Origin: the human T2T-CHM13v2.0 reference genome, Homo sapiens | Reading direction: 5' to 3' (one strand) | DNA length: 64,000 nucleotides | NCBI RefSeq assembly: GCF_009914755.1 | Contig: NC_060926.1 | Part shown: in pieces, positions 14,330 through 27,564 of the stretch | How the letters are laid out: every line of letters starts with the position of its first letter | Position numbering within the stretch: the stretch's first letter is position 1 | Notes under the pieces: generated by a model | What the model saw: only the letters and a program-made list of their open reading frames with translations | The model's database searches: none | Told to the model about the DNA's origin: nothing | Made by a program: the position numbers and the translations under genes

Positions 14330-15260
14330 TCTCAGTTATTCAACAATTAACAGACATCTATTATATGCCAGATATTTGACTAATCACTGTCAAAATCAAG
14401 GTAAATCAGTTCTTTGTCCTCAGGGAAATACACAGTGCTAAGCAGACTAGGTGCTCTGTGAGTTTGGGGAGGAGCATCTAATTCAGATGAAGGAGGCCTA
14501 AGAAAGTATATTTGAACTGAATCTTGAAGGTGCAGTATAAACTAGCTAGGAGGAAGGGTGAATGCAGAACATTTCAGGAAGAGGCAAAAACCCATGCAAA
14601 GATGTGAGGGCATCAAAAGTGCGATGGGTTTCAGAACTAGTATATGCATTGGGTAAAGACTACTACTAGTAGGGGGATGGTAGGGAGTGAGGTTTACGGC
14701 AACATTCCCCAAAATATCTTTTGAGGAACATTAGTTCTTCTGGGAGCATTGCAAAAAGTGTTTCTTAGTCAGTTGATTTTGGGAAACAAAGCATATTATA
14801 CTCCTGTTCTGAAAATTCATAAAGATATTATATTAACATCATAAGAAATCCTGTAGTATTAAAAACTTTTTTGAATTCCAAATTTATGATACCAAAGAAC
14901 TTCTTGTTTTAATAAAACACTTTCATATACACTGAAATGGTGCTCCATGGTGCACACTTTGGGAAGCATGGAACTGGCACGGGTGAAAAGACCATAAGTG
15001 TTTAGCTTGCAAGCCAAACTGGGAATTCAGGGCTTTGTCCTGAATAGGCCTGTTCATTCAGTGGGGTGCTTGAATGATTTTAAAGTGGGGAACAGACATG
15101 ATCAGATTTTCATTTTAGAAGTCTCTTTGACAGCTTTGGCAACTACATTAGAAAGGGGTGGAATAGAGGAAGAAAGACCAGTTAGAGGCTGCTACGGCAA
15201 GTCAAAGAATCATGCAGGCCTGGGCTAAAACAGCAGCAGTTGAATGAAGAAGGCAAGAAC
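14330..15260 (-). mobile_element. L2 3' fragment interrupted by a DNA element
   Basis: ttattcaacaattaacagacatctatt, ttgaactgaatcttgaagg, gacatgatcagattttcattttagaag, gaaagaccagttagaggctgct. Confidence 0.65.
14700..14970. mobile_element. hAT-Charlie-type MITE; subfamily uncertain
   Basis: Degenerate terminal inverted repeats (TIRs) caacattccccaaaat... and ...cacactttgggaagcatgg; splits the L2. Confidence 0.5.
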
Positions 15261-15997
15261 AAAGAGGAATACAGATGGAGTAGACAGACTCTGATGGGAG
15301 TCTCTAATAGAGATGGGGCCTTCAGAGGCCATAGGGATGTTTGCTTGGGAAAGTAGTTTAGGGAGAAAGCAAGCTTGGGGCAGTACTGGGATAAGAGTTC
15401 AGGCAAAGTAGGAAAAAAAAAAACAGCAAGGCTGACATTGGGAGCAATGGCTAAGGAAGATGAAGCTGAGGGTAATAACTGGAGTTTTAGTTTCCCTGAT
15501 TACAAAATAGAGGCACTATGGAGGCACTTATCCGAGATCATGGATTATGTGATGCTTTGAGACTGTGGTCCGGTCAGGCTTTGTCTATTGAAAACATTAG
15601 CAAAGATGTTTTTGCTATGGCTCCTCTCCTAGTGGTATGGTTACCTGCACAATTTGGCTTACTTCATACTTTCTTTCTCCATTCAATGTCCACAGGCAGA
15701 TCACATCCACCCATGAGGAATGTTTCCTCATGGACAGTTTAGAGCTTCAAGGAATCTCTTTTGGCTCTGCCAGATGTTTACTCTCCCAATTTTCCTCACA
15801 CCCTCTGTTTGTAATTCAGTTCTTGATTTTCCCACCAGCCCCTTTGGAATCCTCCAGGATTCTCATGTTCGCTTCAACTCAGGGTTAGGGAAGACAATTT
15901 TGATTTCCCTTTTGACCACTCTCCGAAACTACAGTTTCATGCTCTGGGAATATTCTTGCTGGAATCTAGATACAGTCTGTTAAGTTAAATGCTCTGG

Positions 15998-16112
15998 TAG
16001 TGTGATCAACTGTCCTGCTTTTCCTGGGACTGAGGAGTTTCTGGGATGCCAGAAGACTTTCTGTGCTAAAACTGGGAAAGTCTTGGGCAAACTGAAACAG
16101 TTGATCAACCTA
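15998..16112 (+). mobile_element. MER81 (hAT-Blackjack MITE), full length
   Basis: 115 bp; TIRs tagtgtgatcaactgt / acagttgatcaaccta; colinear with the MER81 consensus as recalled. Confidence 0.8.
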
Positions 16113-16288
16113 AGTTGCTCTGTCAGGCTTATCTCTATTTCCTAGTACAGTGCCTGCCACACTGTAGCCTTAAATATTTAAAATAGTATTAACTCTAATT
16201 AATTGAACATCCATGATTTGGCAGGTATTTGTATGCATTATAACATTTTATCTTGATGGTAGATAATAGTCTATTTTTAATTAATTAA

Positions 16289-16589
16289 TTTTTTTTTTTT
16301 GAAAATGGAGTGTTGCCTGTCGCCCAGTCTGGAGTGCAGTGGCATGATCCCAGCTCACTGCAACTTCTGCCTCCTGGGCTCAAGTGATCCTCCCACCTCA
16401 GCCCCCAGGTGGCTGGGATTACAGGCATGCACCACCATGCCCAGCTAATTTTTTTTTTTTTTTTTTTTGGTAGAGACAGGGTTTTGCCATGTTGCCTAGG
16501 CTAGTTTCGAATTCCTGGCCTTGAAGTGATCCACCCACCTTGGCCTCCTAAAGTGCTGGGGTTACAGACATGAGCCACCGTGCCCAGCC
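16289..16589 (-). mobile_element. AluJ (Jb-like), full length
   Basis: Both arms present, expanded T linker, ggctcaagtgatcctcccacctcagc. Confidence 0.92.
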
Positions 16590-16715
16590 TCTATTCATTT
16601 TAGACATAAGAAACTTGAAGCTCAAGTGATTGCCATCTGCCTAAGGCCACGTATCTACTATCTGGCAGAGTCATGATTTGAACCCAAATATGTCTGATTT
16701 CAAGCTTGTGCTATT
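16590..16715 (-). mobile_element. MIR, split by the Alu
   Basis: cattttagacataagaaac...cctaaggccacgtatctactatctggcagagtcatgatttgaaccc. Confidence 0.7.
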
Positions 16716-18255
16716 TCTAGAAAGCAGCTACACCATATAACCTTCCATCATCCACCTGCTGAAGCTTTTGCATTAGTGCTGAGCTTTGGGAGCTGTCAGA
16801 GACAGGCACCAAGGGAATGAGAAATGTTAATAGAGTCTAGCACTTTGTAAACGCTCAGTAATAGTTACCACCCTTCTCTCTCCATGGCTCTTTTCCCCAA
16901 GGAAGCTTGTTATCTATAAGAAACATGAATTCATGAGAAAGAGAAAATTCCTAACTATCAGCATGAGTTAGAAACCAGGCATTTGTAGTTACTTTTATTT
17001 TTGTGCACATATCATAAAATGTATTGCTTTAACAATGTTAAGCCTTCATGTACTATAATCTTAACAGCTTTTGTAACTAAAATTATGATGCTATAAAAAT
17101 AAAAGGCAGGATTTTTTTCTCTGTGTACTTACAGGTATCTTCCCAGTGAAACCTGCTGCTGTATGTATTTTCTATTGACCATTTCATAACAGCCTGTGAC
17201 ACTTTCTATGACAGAACAGAAAACTCTCCAATCACCTTAAATCCTTTTAATAGCTTAGATATATAAGGTAGTGTTGAACTCTTTTAGTAGATTATCATCA
17301 GATTAGTTACTCATATGGCAGCTATTATTTTAGTGTAATAAACAAATGTAGCTCATAATTATAAATTGCATTATGATTAATGAATGTGTCACCCTGGCAC
17401 AGCAGTAACATATTTGCTCTTTGTTTAATCGAATTTAAAAGGAGATTAAAGAAATTATGATATGACACTTACTAGAGATGAAATGGAACTTCAGGTCAGT
17501 GCTTCTCTTTTGTGTATATGAACAGCTTCCTTGATATGAACAGTTTATATAGCCAAGGATCACGGTGTATCGTATATATAGAGTCACACATCTATCATCA
17601 ATAAATAATCTGGTGCAAGAGGCCTCTCTATCCCTTTTTTAAAAAGGGCAATTAAAAAATAACTGAGCTATGGATTTGCAGTAAGTGCTTTTCATAATAT
17701 TCTTAAAACTCTTCAGTTCAAATTGTCACTGTCTTGTTTCCCTGATGTGGGAAGTATAGGCAACTTTGCGGTTTGTAGATTACTTGGTTTAGCAGATTAA
17801 ACCTTAAAATATCTGTCTATGTCATAATTGCTAGAATATTCACTGACAGTCTAATGCAAAAATAATTGGTTATAAAAATGCTTTAAGAAATATTTCTATG
17901 AATAATCTAAAGTCCAATATTTTATAATGCCATGTCAAAATAAAAATGACTTTTGCCAGTAGAAATTGAACTGTTTTGTAGTTCCCATTTTTGGAGGAAA
18001 TGGTAATATTCTTATTTCTGCTGCTAATTATAATGAAGGTATTGGGCAGCCAATGTGAGCGCTATGAGTAATAAAACCAATGTGTGATAATCTCAAGACC
18101 AATATGATGATCATTGCTTTAAAAAGATTCAATCAATTCATTTGGCATACTAATTACATCTTTTTTTTGGCTTTAAAAATATTCTTATTTAGTTGCCAAT
18201 TAGCCAATTAATATTTAAGTACCTTGGTGACAAAAGAGATTTTTCTCTAACCATG

Positions 18256-18623
18256 TGTTCTGGCCATTTTCTGATGCTATAACAATACCCAAGGCTGAGT
18301 AACCTATGAAGAAAACAGATTTGTTCAGCTCAGAGTTCTGGAGGCTGAGAAGTCCAAGAGTATGGTGCCAGCATCTGGTGAGGGTCATCCTATGGTGGAA
18401 GGGTGGAAGGCAGAAGTGAGTGCATGGGCCAGAGAGATAAAACATGGCTAAATTGCCGGATATTACAACAAACTCAGTCCTGTAATAAAAAGTTACTCCA
18501 GGGATAACAGCATAAATTCATTCATGAGGGCAGAGCCATCATGACCTAATCACCTCTTAAAGGTCCCACATCAATTAAATTTCAAAATGAGTTTTGGAGG
18601 GGATAAACATTCAAACCAAAGCA
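18256..18623 (-). mobile_element. MST (MSTC/D-like) MaLR solo LTR
   Basis: ttctggaggctgagaagtccaagagtatggtgccagcatctggtgaggg; ends aaacattcaaaccaaagca; 5-bp TSD ccatg/ccttg. Confidence 0.85.
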
Positions 18624-20194
18624 CCTTGTATTCTCCATAAAGTCCAGCATAATCACTCACACCTCCTTGGAACTTGTAAATATATTGATTGCTTGATCTA
18701 TAGTTTTTGAATGACTGGGTTAAAAACATGAAAAGATTACTATTGAGACATGAAAAATAACTTAATGTGACATATCTTAAAATTAAGGTGTTAAATCAAT
18801 TATACTTCAAATTTGACGGAAGGAATAATACCCTACTAATTAGCAGGACTTAATGATTCATCCTTGCCAGCAATTTTTTGCTGCAGCCACCAGTTAGGAG
18901 AGGATCTGTTTCCTGAATTAGATGTGGTTGGCTAAACAAAGGCATCTTACTGACCCCAAATAAAAGTCAGCATTTTGTCATACTCAATAAGCACTATTTC
19001 TACTTAAAAGTCTTCCTTGAATTGTTGTCACAGTATTATGATTACTTAGCTATTATTGGTGCTTTAGAATAGTTTCTACGGTTTTTAGGTGGGTGCTACC
19101 TTATTTCTAAAATGTAAACAAATATATATTAAGTTACAACTAGTTCTGCCTAAGGAGTTGAATATCTGCTGGGAGGGAGGAGTTAAAAAGAGTAAAGGAA
19201 AAAAAAAAAAGGACAGCACTACTCTGTGTGAAAGCACACTCTCTGGGTGACCTTGACCAAGTGTGAAATGTAAGGTTAGATAAAGAGGTTTCTCCTTTCT
19301 ACTACATCAGGGAAGGATCTAGAATTGTAAACACGAGTAGATTGCAAAGGTAAACTAATTTCGCCTGATGAATATGGACACTCTGAAAAATATTCTGTGG
19401 CTGTGATAAAGAAGTTAATAGACTTTTGGACCCTCCAATGCTGAGTACTGTAGAAAATGAACCTTCAGAGAGTGTCTTCAACCACAAGCTGAGATTTGAT
19501 TGATAATGTGCATTTAAAAAGTCTGTCTTTGTAATTGCTTAATACTAAGAAATGCATCATAACTCTATTTCTTAAAGAAAACTTTCTCTGATGGAATTAC
19601 ATTTCATTAGTTTCATTAGTTAATATTACTTATATGCATTTGCTTTAATAAAGTGATGTTTCAATACCGAAAGATATATTTCAATCTCTTTTCTTAAACG
19701 ACTAAACTCTGCCTCCTTAAAGAGCACAGATGTGGAGCACTGATTCAAAATTCCAGGTCCGGTGCTTTTGAGGGGTGAATAAGCCTCATTTTAAAGGTTG
19801 TCTCTTCCAAACTGAAAATACAACATAGAAGTATGTTGTATGCCTGAATAGAAGCACTGATGATGAATTAAGCAAACTGTTGATTTAGGAACAGAAGGGA
19901 CAATGTGGGTTTTATTTACTAAGCCTCAGAATCTTTTGAGGCAAACCACATATTACTGAGCAATATCAAACCTTTCAGTTCCTGGCTGTGTATTCATTTA
20001 TAGCAATATATACTTTGTTATTAAAAGAAATCTGGGACGGGGCCAAGAAATTTAAAATTCTCTCTAATACACAACTAAAGAAATGCTCTAAAAATCAGGC
20101 AAACATAAAATTTTAAAGGAAATTCTAATAGGGTAAATATAATATTGGTTCAGTTAGGAAAATAACTGGTTGCATTGCAGTTCTTTTTTAAAGG

Positions 20195-20842
20195 AATAGT
20201 TTTATTGAGATATAATTTACCTACTATACAATTTGCCCATTTAAAGTGTACAATTCAATTACATACTTTAATTCAATTATATACTTAATGCGCCCGTTTA
20301 AAGTATACAATTAAATGTATACATTCAGAGTTGTACAAGCATCATGACAATCAGTTTTAAAATATTTTTATGACCCCCCTCCAAAATAACCCATAACTAT
20401 TAGCAATCATTCTCCATTTTCTCCCAGTGGCCCCAGTTTTATGGAATCACTTATTTACTTCTGTCTCTTTGGAAAATATGTGGTCTTTTGTGACTAGTTT
20501 CTTTTACTTAGCATAATGTTTGAAAAGGTCATTCATGTTCTAACATGTATCCATACTTCATTTATATTGTCAAATATTCCATTATATAAATATACCACAT
20601 TTTATCCATTCACCAGTTGGTGAACATTTGGGTTGCTTCCATTTTTTGGTTATTAATAATATGAACGTTTGTTTACAAGTTTTTGTGTAGAGATTTGTTT
20701 TTATTTTTTGGGGATATATACCTGGAAGTAGAGTTGCTAGGTTATATGATAACTCTATGTTTAACCTTTAGAGAAACTGCCAGACTTTTTTTCCAAAATG
20801 GCTATACCATTTTGCATTCCAGCTATCTATGTGAGATCCAAC
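20195..20842 (-). mobile_element. L1MB 3' end
   Basis: gttttattgagatataatttac...cccatttaaagtgtacaattca; gaaactgccagactttttttccaaaatggctataccattttgcattcc. Confidence 0.8.
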
Positions 20843-21154
20843 TTTTTTTTTTTTTTTTTCCAGGTGGTGTCTCACTCTGTTGCCCAGGCTGGAGTGCAGT
20901 GATGTAATCTCAGCTCACTGCAAACTCTGCCTCCCAGACCCAAGTGATCCTCCCACTTGGAGTAGCCGAGACTGGAGTAGCTGGGACTACAGGCACGCGC
21001 CACCATGCCTGGCTTTTTTTATTTTTTATTTTTTTGCAGAGACAGGGTTTCACCATATTGCCCAGGCTGGTCTCAAACTCTTGAGCTAAAGTAATCCACC
21101 CACCTCCGTTTCCCGAGGTGCTGGGATTATAGGTATGAGCCACTGTACCCAGCC
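20843..21154 (-). mobile_element. AluJ, full length, with a small internal rearrangement
   Basis: Both arms present; caagtgatcctcccac; tggagtagc duplicated at ~20958-20981. Confidence 0.92.
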
Positions 21155-21344
21155 CCAAATCTTGATACTAATACTTATGCTCCTCTAGAGTTCATTGTGG
21201 TTGATGTTTGTTTAGATTTTCAGTTGCTTTACTGGATTATATTTAGTGAAGTCTGTTTCCTTCTAAGTGTGCTGCCTTAGAGGATGTTACCTCATGCATT
21301 GCACAGTCACTTGGGTTGACAATGACTTTAACAGGGATATCTCT

Positions 21345-21650
21345 TTTTAAATTTATAGATAAGATTGTATTTATAATGTACATGTTTTGAAGTATATTTA
21401 CATTGTGGAAGGCTCAAATCTAGTTAATTAAAAAATGTGTCACCTCACATAGTTATATTTTCGTGAAAACACTTAACATCCACTCCATTTGCCTTTTCAA
21501 GAACACAATATATCATTAATTATAGTCACCACACTGTACAACAGATCTGTTGAACTTATTCCTCCCATTACTTGTGATTATAAATCATTTGACCAGCATC
21601 TTCCCATACTCCTATACACTTTTAACCACCCAGCCTCTGAAAAACACCAT
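21345..21650 (-). mobile_element. L1MA 3' end nested in older L1M 5'-region sequence (~21160-22620)
   Basis: cacctcacatagttat, ttttcaagaacacaatatatcattaattatagtcaccacactgtacaacagatctgttgaacttattcctcc. Confidence 0.75.
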
Positions 21651-22841
21651 TTTTTGGCTATCTTTTCCGCTGGTATCTGGTAAACAGTCTGTGTCCTTTG
21701 CTGCCACGCTCAGCTGCTAGTCACCACTAGTTGTAGCTAATTGTTTTATTGCTTTCAGCAGTGTCCTGGGTCGTAAATTGCTCCACAGTCTGATCCAATT
21801 TAATTCTAGCCTCTTCGAAGAGGTACACTCTGAAGCTAGACTTTGAGGTTTGTTCTTACTGCTGAAGGGATAGTCTTTGCTGCTGTCTCTTTCTCTGGTT
21901 CTCTCTGGGAAACTTCTATGTGTTCTGTGGTTTAGCCTGTTGCTTTCCTGGAGCTACTAGTCTCCCTTTAAGTGCAAAAGAGCAAGTCCTCCTCACCACT
22001 GTTCCACAGTTGGGGGCAAGGACAGTGACCTGTTTCCAAAGCAATACCCTTTCTCCACAGGTGGGGCACTGTGTGGGGCATGAGCCTCTGGTCTTCTTGG
22101 CTTGCCTTTTTAAGCATGGAAACTCTACCTTACTTACAAGCAAGCTGAGACAAGGGCGATCAGGAAACAGTATGCTTGGTCTGATGCACCTGGAGAAGTC
22201 TCCACCGATTGAATGAGGGCTGAGTGAAAGAAGGGAACCCCAGACCTGCCAGCCACTCTTGCCTGGAATAGAGCTTCTGCAAACCAGATACAGGATGAGA
22301 AGTACTTGTGGCTTACCCTGCCAGGAGAAATACTATACCTCTTGACTGAAGGCTAGAGGGAAAGAGGACCCTGTATTCTTGGCTGTATCTGCCTAAAGTA
22401 CAGCTTCCATCATGCCGAAGTGCAGGTAATGCCTCAAAATGCCACTGACTCTCACTGTTCAGGGGAGATTTTAAGTGTTTTCCATTTCCTATATGCCTTT
22501 AGGATAATAGAGACTTTAAACCTTTTCTCCCCCCACCGCAGCAATTTTCACCAGCTATGATTGTTTTACTGGCAACAGAGTTCACAGGCTCCTCATGTTG
22601 CCATTCCTGAGATGTCTCTTATCTGGGCTTTCTTAAGAAGAACGTATAGACTGTGTGTAGGTTAATTTGGTTAAGACAAAAGAAAATTCTAACAAAGTAC
22701 AAAAGAACAAGAGTAGAACGCCTACAAAGAAGTCCGTTTTATGTCACACTTCTTGCAATAGAAACCAGGTTGGAAATGTTAATGAAATACTATCAAAGCG
22801 AGGAAGTGAAAAAAATAGAACCAGCTATTATAACTTTTGTG

Positions 22842-23283
22842 TGTTGTATCAAACCCCTATTAACTCCAATGGGGGACACACCAGGTTCAAGAGGCTGAAG
22901 AAGAGATCCAGAGCTGGCAAACAAGATGTCTTATTGGGGGGATTTATATACAGGGGAGAGAGTCCAGTGGCAGTGGGCTGGACAGGGAAACTGCAACTGC
23001 TTGTAAAAGGCATACAGTTTATATAACATTTTCACTTAGCATCCTTTCCCCAACAACCCCCACCTGGCAACCTTCATTCAACCCAAACTCAGGACCTTGA
23101 TGCCCTGTATCTCCTGTGTTTCGTAAGCTGGAGGCTCAGATGTTCCTCATAAACAAGCAATGAATCTCCGGGTTGGCCACTCCCAGATTCCTTAGCTCCA
23201 AATACACATTCACGTGCATCTCCTATACAGGTTCATTCTCAGGGTATGCTTAAGTTGTTGCTATCAGGTGCGTTTACAACACA
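22842..23283 (-). mobile_element. LTR47 (ERVL) solo LTR
   Basis: TG...CA ends; on the minus strand gtaaacgcacctgatagcaacaacttaagcataccctgagaatga, tatataaactg TATA box and ctcttcttcagcctcttgaacctggtg. Confidence 0.75.
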
Positions 23284-23825
23284 CGGTGGGATAAAAGTAC
23301 AGGCCCAGCTTAGCTGGAGTTTCTTCTGCTCAGGGTCTCATAGTCTGCAATTGGGTGTTAGCTAAGCTGCATTCTCATCAGATCCTTAAATGAAAAAAGT
23401 TCTGCTTCTAAGTGCTTTCTGGTCTTTGCAGAATTTACCTCCTTGCAGCTGTAGAACTGAGGGCCCCATTTTATCGCTCACCGTTAGCTGGGGCCTGCTT
23501 TCAGCTACTAGAGACCTCATACATTTCCTTGCTATGGGAGCTTCCTCCTATGCCCTCTCACAACATGACAGCTTATCTTAAGGCCACCAGGAGAATTTCC
23601 TTCTTCAGTTTTGTAAGTCAGAGTCTTATATAATATTACATACTGGTAGGAGCATCACCTGCTAAATATAAAGTATCACCTTTGCTATATAAAGTAACCT
23701 AATGATGGGTATGACATCCCATCACCTTTGTCATAATCTACTGTTTAGAAGTCTGTACAAGTCCCACCTGCTCTCAAAAGAAGATTACATAAGGGCATGA
23801 CCCATTGTGGGGGAGAGGGCACCAA
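23284..23825 (-). mobile_element. MLT1E-like MaLR LTR
   Basis: gcttagctgg...ctgctcagggtctca, ttgcagaatttacctccttgcagctgtagaactgagggcccc, gacatcccatcacctttgtcata. Confidence 0.75.
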
Positions 23826-25059
23826 ATCTTTTTATACTAAGACAATTTTAAAAGAATATTTAATAAATGCCAATATTCAAGGTTTTTATTTAATTTCAGA
23901 ATAGTCAGCGGTGGCTTACTGGTTGAACAATCAGTTCAGGGGGAAGAGCTTGCTGAGCATTTTTCTTTCCATCTTTCCTGATGCAGAATCTCTTAAGGCA
24001 GTGCCCCAACTTTTATCTATTTGCTCTGTAGACGCTGATGAGAATCACAACATCAAATTACAATGTACATTATTTATTTTCTATTTCTCCTTTACATTCT
24101 GAGGCTTCTTCCTCCAAGGGGTTGGGTGCATTCTTGAAAACATTTAGTTCTAAACCCAATTCTTAAAGTAGAAGAGGAACTTCGAGAGAAAAAGTATGAA
24201 GAAGCGGGACTGGGTTAGCCAAGAGGAAGATTTCAGGAGACAGAGGCACTTGAGAGATAAAGGAGGGAAACAGGAACAGCAAGGGGAGAATAAAAGGGTA
24301 AAGTTTGTAATCTTGTTTATAGTTAGTAGCAAATCAAAAAAGAAATAAAGGCAGCCTAGTTACTTACTCGCACACCTATTTTTTAATCTCCAGCTAATCA
24401 GTTAATGAAAAGTTAAAATTAGAAGCTGTGAGAAACATTCCTGGCTAAAGCATTACTCGAGATTAGCACAATGAGTTTCATTGTGTAGTCAGCGGCGACT
24501 CCAACTAAAATTGATTAAGGCAGCCAGTGACTTATCAACATGACACAAAAAGGCTACTTCTGTGTCCTGAGTTTTTAAAAAAAATTGTTCTGTCTTTCCA
24601 CATGGTTCTAGTACTCAGTGTAAAGCAAGTATATGTCACCATAGAAGCTGCTGTTGGCTTTGATTTCCAGAAGCTGATTGATGATGGTCTTCCTAAGCAA
24701 GCAGAAGTTACCAATAAAATTGACTCTAATGGGTGCTCAGGGTATTGTTATTACGTAGCTGCAGACAATAAGCCAAGAGTGGAACAGCTGATGTACATCT
24801 TGAGATCAAGATAAGAGGTGGTGCTTGGAGCTATACATTAGTAGAAATTACAAAGTATTTATAGTACTTATTGTATTCATAGTGCATTAGTTGAATTTGC
24901 AAGAGTTTAGCATTAAGAGAGCCATGGAATGTTGAGTGAAGGCTGAAACTCTTAACTCTAGACTAACCTTGTTTTTACCAGTCACTAACATGAGTGTGAA
25001 TTATTGAAAAATCTGCTCCTACCAGTCATCTACCTAATCCTTTTGTTGATTTGTTTTTT

Positions 25060-25720
25060 TCTTTGCTGTCACGATAAATTTCCAAAGTCTTACCTGACCC
25101 ATAAGGCCTTTCATTATTTTGCTCCAGCCCACCTTTCCAGTCTTGTTTGAGGAACTCCAACCTTCCTGGATATTATTATTTTCCTTCAAAGTATCTGTTT
25201 TATTCTTGCTTTACGTTTTTCACACATGCAGCTCCCTCCATTACTAATACTCCTCCTTTGCCTTTCTCTTATTGACCCTACTCATTGTTTATGTTTCAGG
25301 TTAAATGTCTCTCCCTGATGAAGGTCTTTATTTATCCTCACAATAACATTAGTCTGTTATATGCTCTTAGAAATCCTTTTACCTCCTATGGTCCATGGCA
25401 CCTATAATATTAATCAGGATGTATTCATTTTCTACCTTCTCTGCTAGACCGAAAGCTCCATGAAGGCATGTCACTGCTGTGTCCACAGACCCTATGTCAG
25501 TGCTGGTTACCCAGCAGGCTCCTTTGTATGTACTACTCAGGCCTAGTGATGAAGAGCAAGACTTTGGAGCCAAAAACAGCCAGCCACTCATAGAATATGA
25601 AGTGAGACTATGGGCGGGTCACTGAACCTTATTTTTCTTCCATGTGAAAAGGAATGATATCTTCCTTGCATAGTTTTCTGGGAATTAAATGAGATTATGC
25701 ACATGAATCTTCAGAAGCAA
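25060..25720 (+). mobile_element. L2 3' fragment followed by MIR (~25540-25720)
   Basis: ctagaccgaaagctccatgaaggca (L2 end); tagtgatgaagagcaagactttggagcca...gaattaaatgagattatgcac (MIR). Confidence 0.6.
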
Positions 25721-26589
25721 CCTAAAAACCATGGTTGATGAGGCACATATAATCTGGATGTAGCCTTTACATGGTATGAAACTCATTATTTTCCTTTGTT
25801 CTTACTCAGTTTATGAAATATTTTACATGTCCCAGAGTCCTGAGAAACAGCATATTTCACAATCTGCATCACCAATTTGATTGATTTTTTTTTTACAGTT
25901 TTGGCTTGTGTCTGAGTTTTTTTCTCTCTGGGTCATCAGGCTTTATATTGGGTAATTGGGGGTCATGGGATCTACAGCAACATCCTTCAGTTACATGTGG
26001 TCATACCTGCCACATGGTAATCACTTCATAAAGGTTTGATCTCTTATGTTATCCTTGTTATGTCCTTGTGCCATAGGAAAAAAAATGTTTGCCCATGTGG
26101 TTATTCTGTCTCTTTCCTTTTTTTTCTTTTATGAGATTGACAGCTAACTGTTAGGAGTGCAATAAAAGACACAAAGAAGGTTCAAGAAACCACATAGATA
26201 AATTAGCCTTTAGTGAAGACTGTTTAGCGCATTGCAGGAACTGTGAAAATGTAGGAATACAACAGGGTCACCATGTGGATCTCATTGAGACATCACTTTT
26301 TTAAATTGACTTATTTTTATCTAGGTGATGTTACTGTTAAAGACAGCAGGAGCTGAGATTTATTTAGCCAGGTACGTACTAAAAATTTTCCATGTATTAA
26401 TCTTTGCAACAACATTTTGGAATAGAAATTCTTAACAATCTTTAGTAACAAGGCACAAAAAGGTAAAACAAGTTGCCCAAGGTCGCATGATATAATGGAG
26501 CTGACCTTTAAAGTTTTAACAACTATGCCACTCAGCAAAATTCTGGAAGTACATTTCTTAGGTTTTAGCATGAACAAGAGCCACCTGGG

Positions 26590-26730
26590 AAGCATTGTTT
26601 TTCAAATGCAGTTTCCCTGAACCTACTGTGGGAGATTCAGATTTAGTAGCTAGGACTGGGGCTTAGAAATCTGTATTTTTAACCCATAATTCTAATGCAG
26701 GTATTCCGCAGACCACTTTGAGAAACATGT
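26590..26730. mobile_element. MER5-type hAT MITE; MIR fragment at ~26330-26540
   Basis: gattcagatttagtag, ggggcttagaaatctgtatttttaac, gaccactttgagaaac. Confidence 0.65.
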
Positions 26731-27468
26731 ATCTACATATCCTTAAAGAAAATGTACTCCTTTGAGTTCTTATAAACGGTAAAATGTAGGACTGAAAGCT
26801 TAAAGTAATTTTCTAGGTATAAAATAACTTCTATGTGCAAAACCATTTTTATCTTGATGCAATCGAAATATTAACCAGATTAACTATTACTACATCCAAA
26901 ATAAGGGGCTCTGGAATAAATGATTACCATAAGTATGTACACTGTTGGGATAAGATTGCTCTTAGATTCTAGAAATCAGTGCTTTAATCTATAGTATATT
27001 GTGATTTGGGTCCCTTAGACAAACTTCACCTTCCTGCATGTATTTGATTCATCCTACATAGCTCTCTTTATGTCCTCTGGGTTGCAAGCGAGAAAAAAAA
27101 ACCTGCAAAGAAAAACTGATAAAATATACTTGGTTAATTTGGATGAGGGAAATCTAAGGCCTCCTACAAAATAAGCCTGCTGTCTGAATTATTCAAGTAA
27201 TTCCCTTTGCTCACTTTGAGAAAATAGGATGAGTCTGGAATGACTTGTTTGTGGTTGGTTGTGCTATGCCCCAGTACATTGTTTCATTTTTTAACCTCTT
27301 TTTTGTATTTCTTCCTAAAAACTAAATTCTCTAGCCGGACAGAAATATAGCACCTGTCTTGGCTTCAGGCTTGCTTTTGCCAAGTTGCAGTTGGTGAATC
27401 CATGATCAGATTCTCCCGAGGCCAATCAAACAGGGCAATCAGCCTGCCCAGACTGACCCAATTAAGTT

Positions 27469-27564
27469 TAATTAGTTGTTTTTTATCTTTAAATTTCCTA
27501 GCCAGGTGGATTTTATGGTTTTTATTAAACAACGAAGAAGAGCTGAATCTTTGGAATTAGTTGG
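27469..27564 (+). repeat. Copy 1 of a ~95-bp local direct duplication
   Basis: Aligns by eye with 28127-28221 at roughly 85-90% identity. Confidence 0.9.

Noticed and set aside
16050-16085. NF-kB-like sites in MER81
   Set aside because: Both are mutated relative to GGGRNWYYCC (aagactttc and gggaaagtct).
20880-21158. ORFs such as [19 protein letters not shown] (also at 32803, 42145, 46224, 49476 and 53230)
   Set aside because: Typical translations of Alu sequence.
24527-24814. 95-aa ORF with protein-like composition
   Set aside because: GTG start, no recognisable homology and no convincing splice-site pair.
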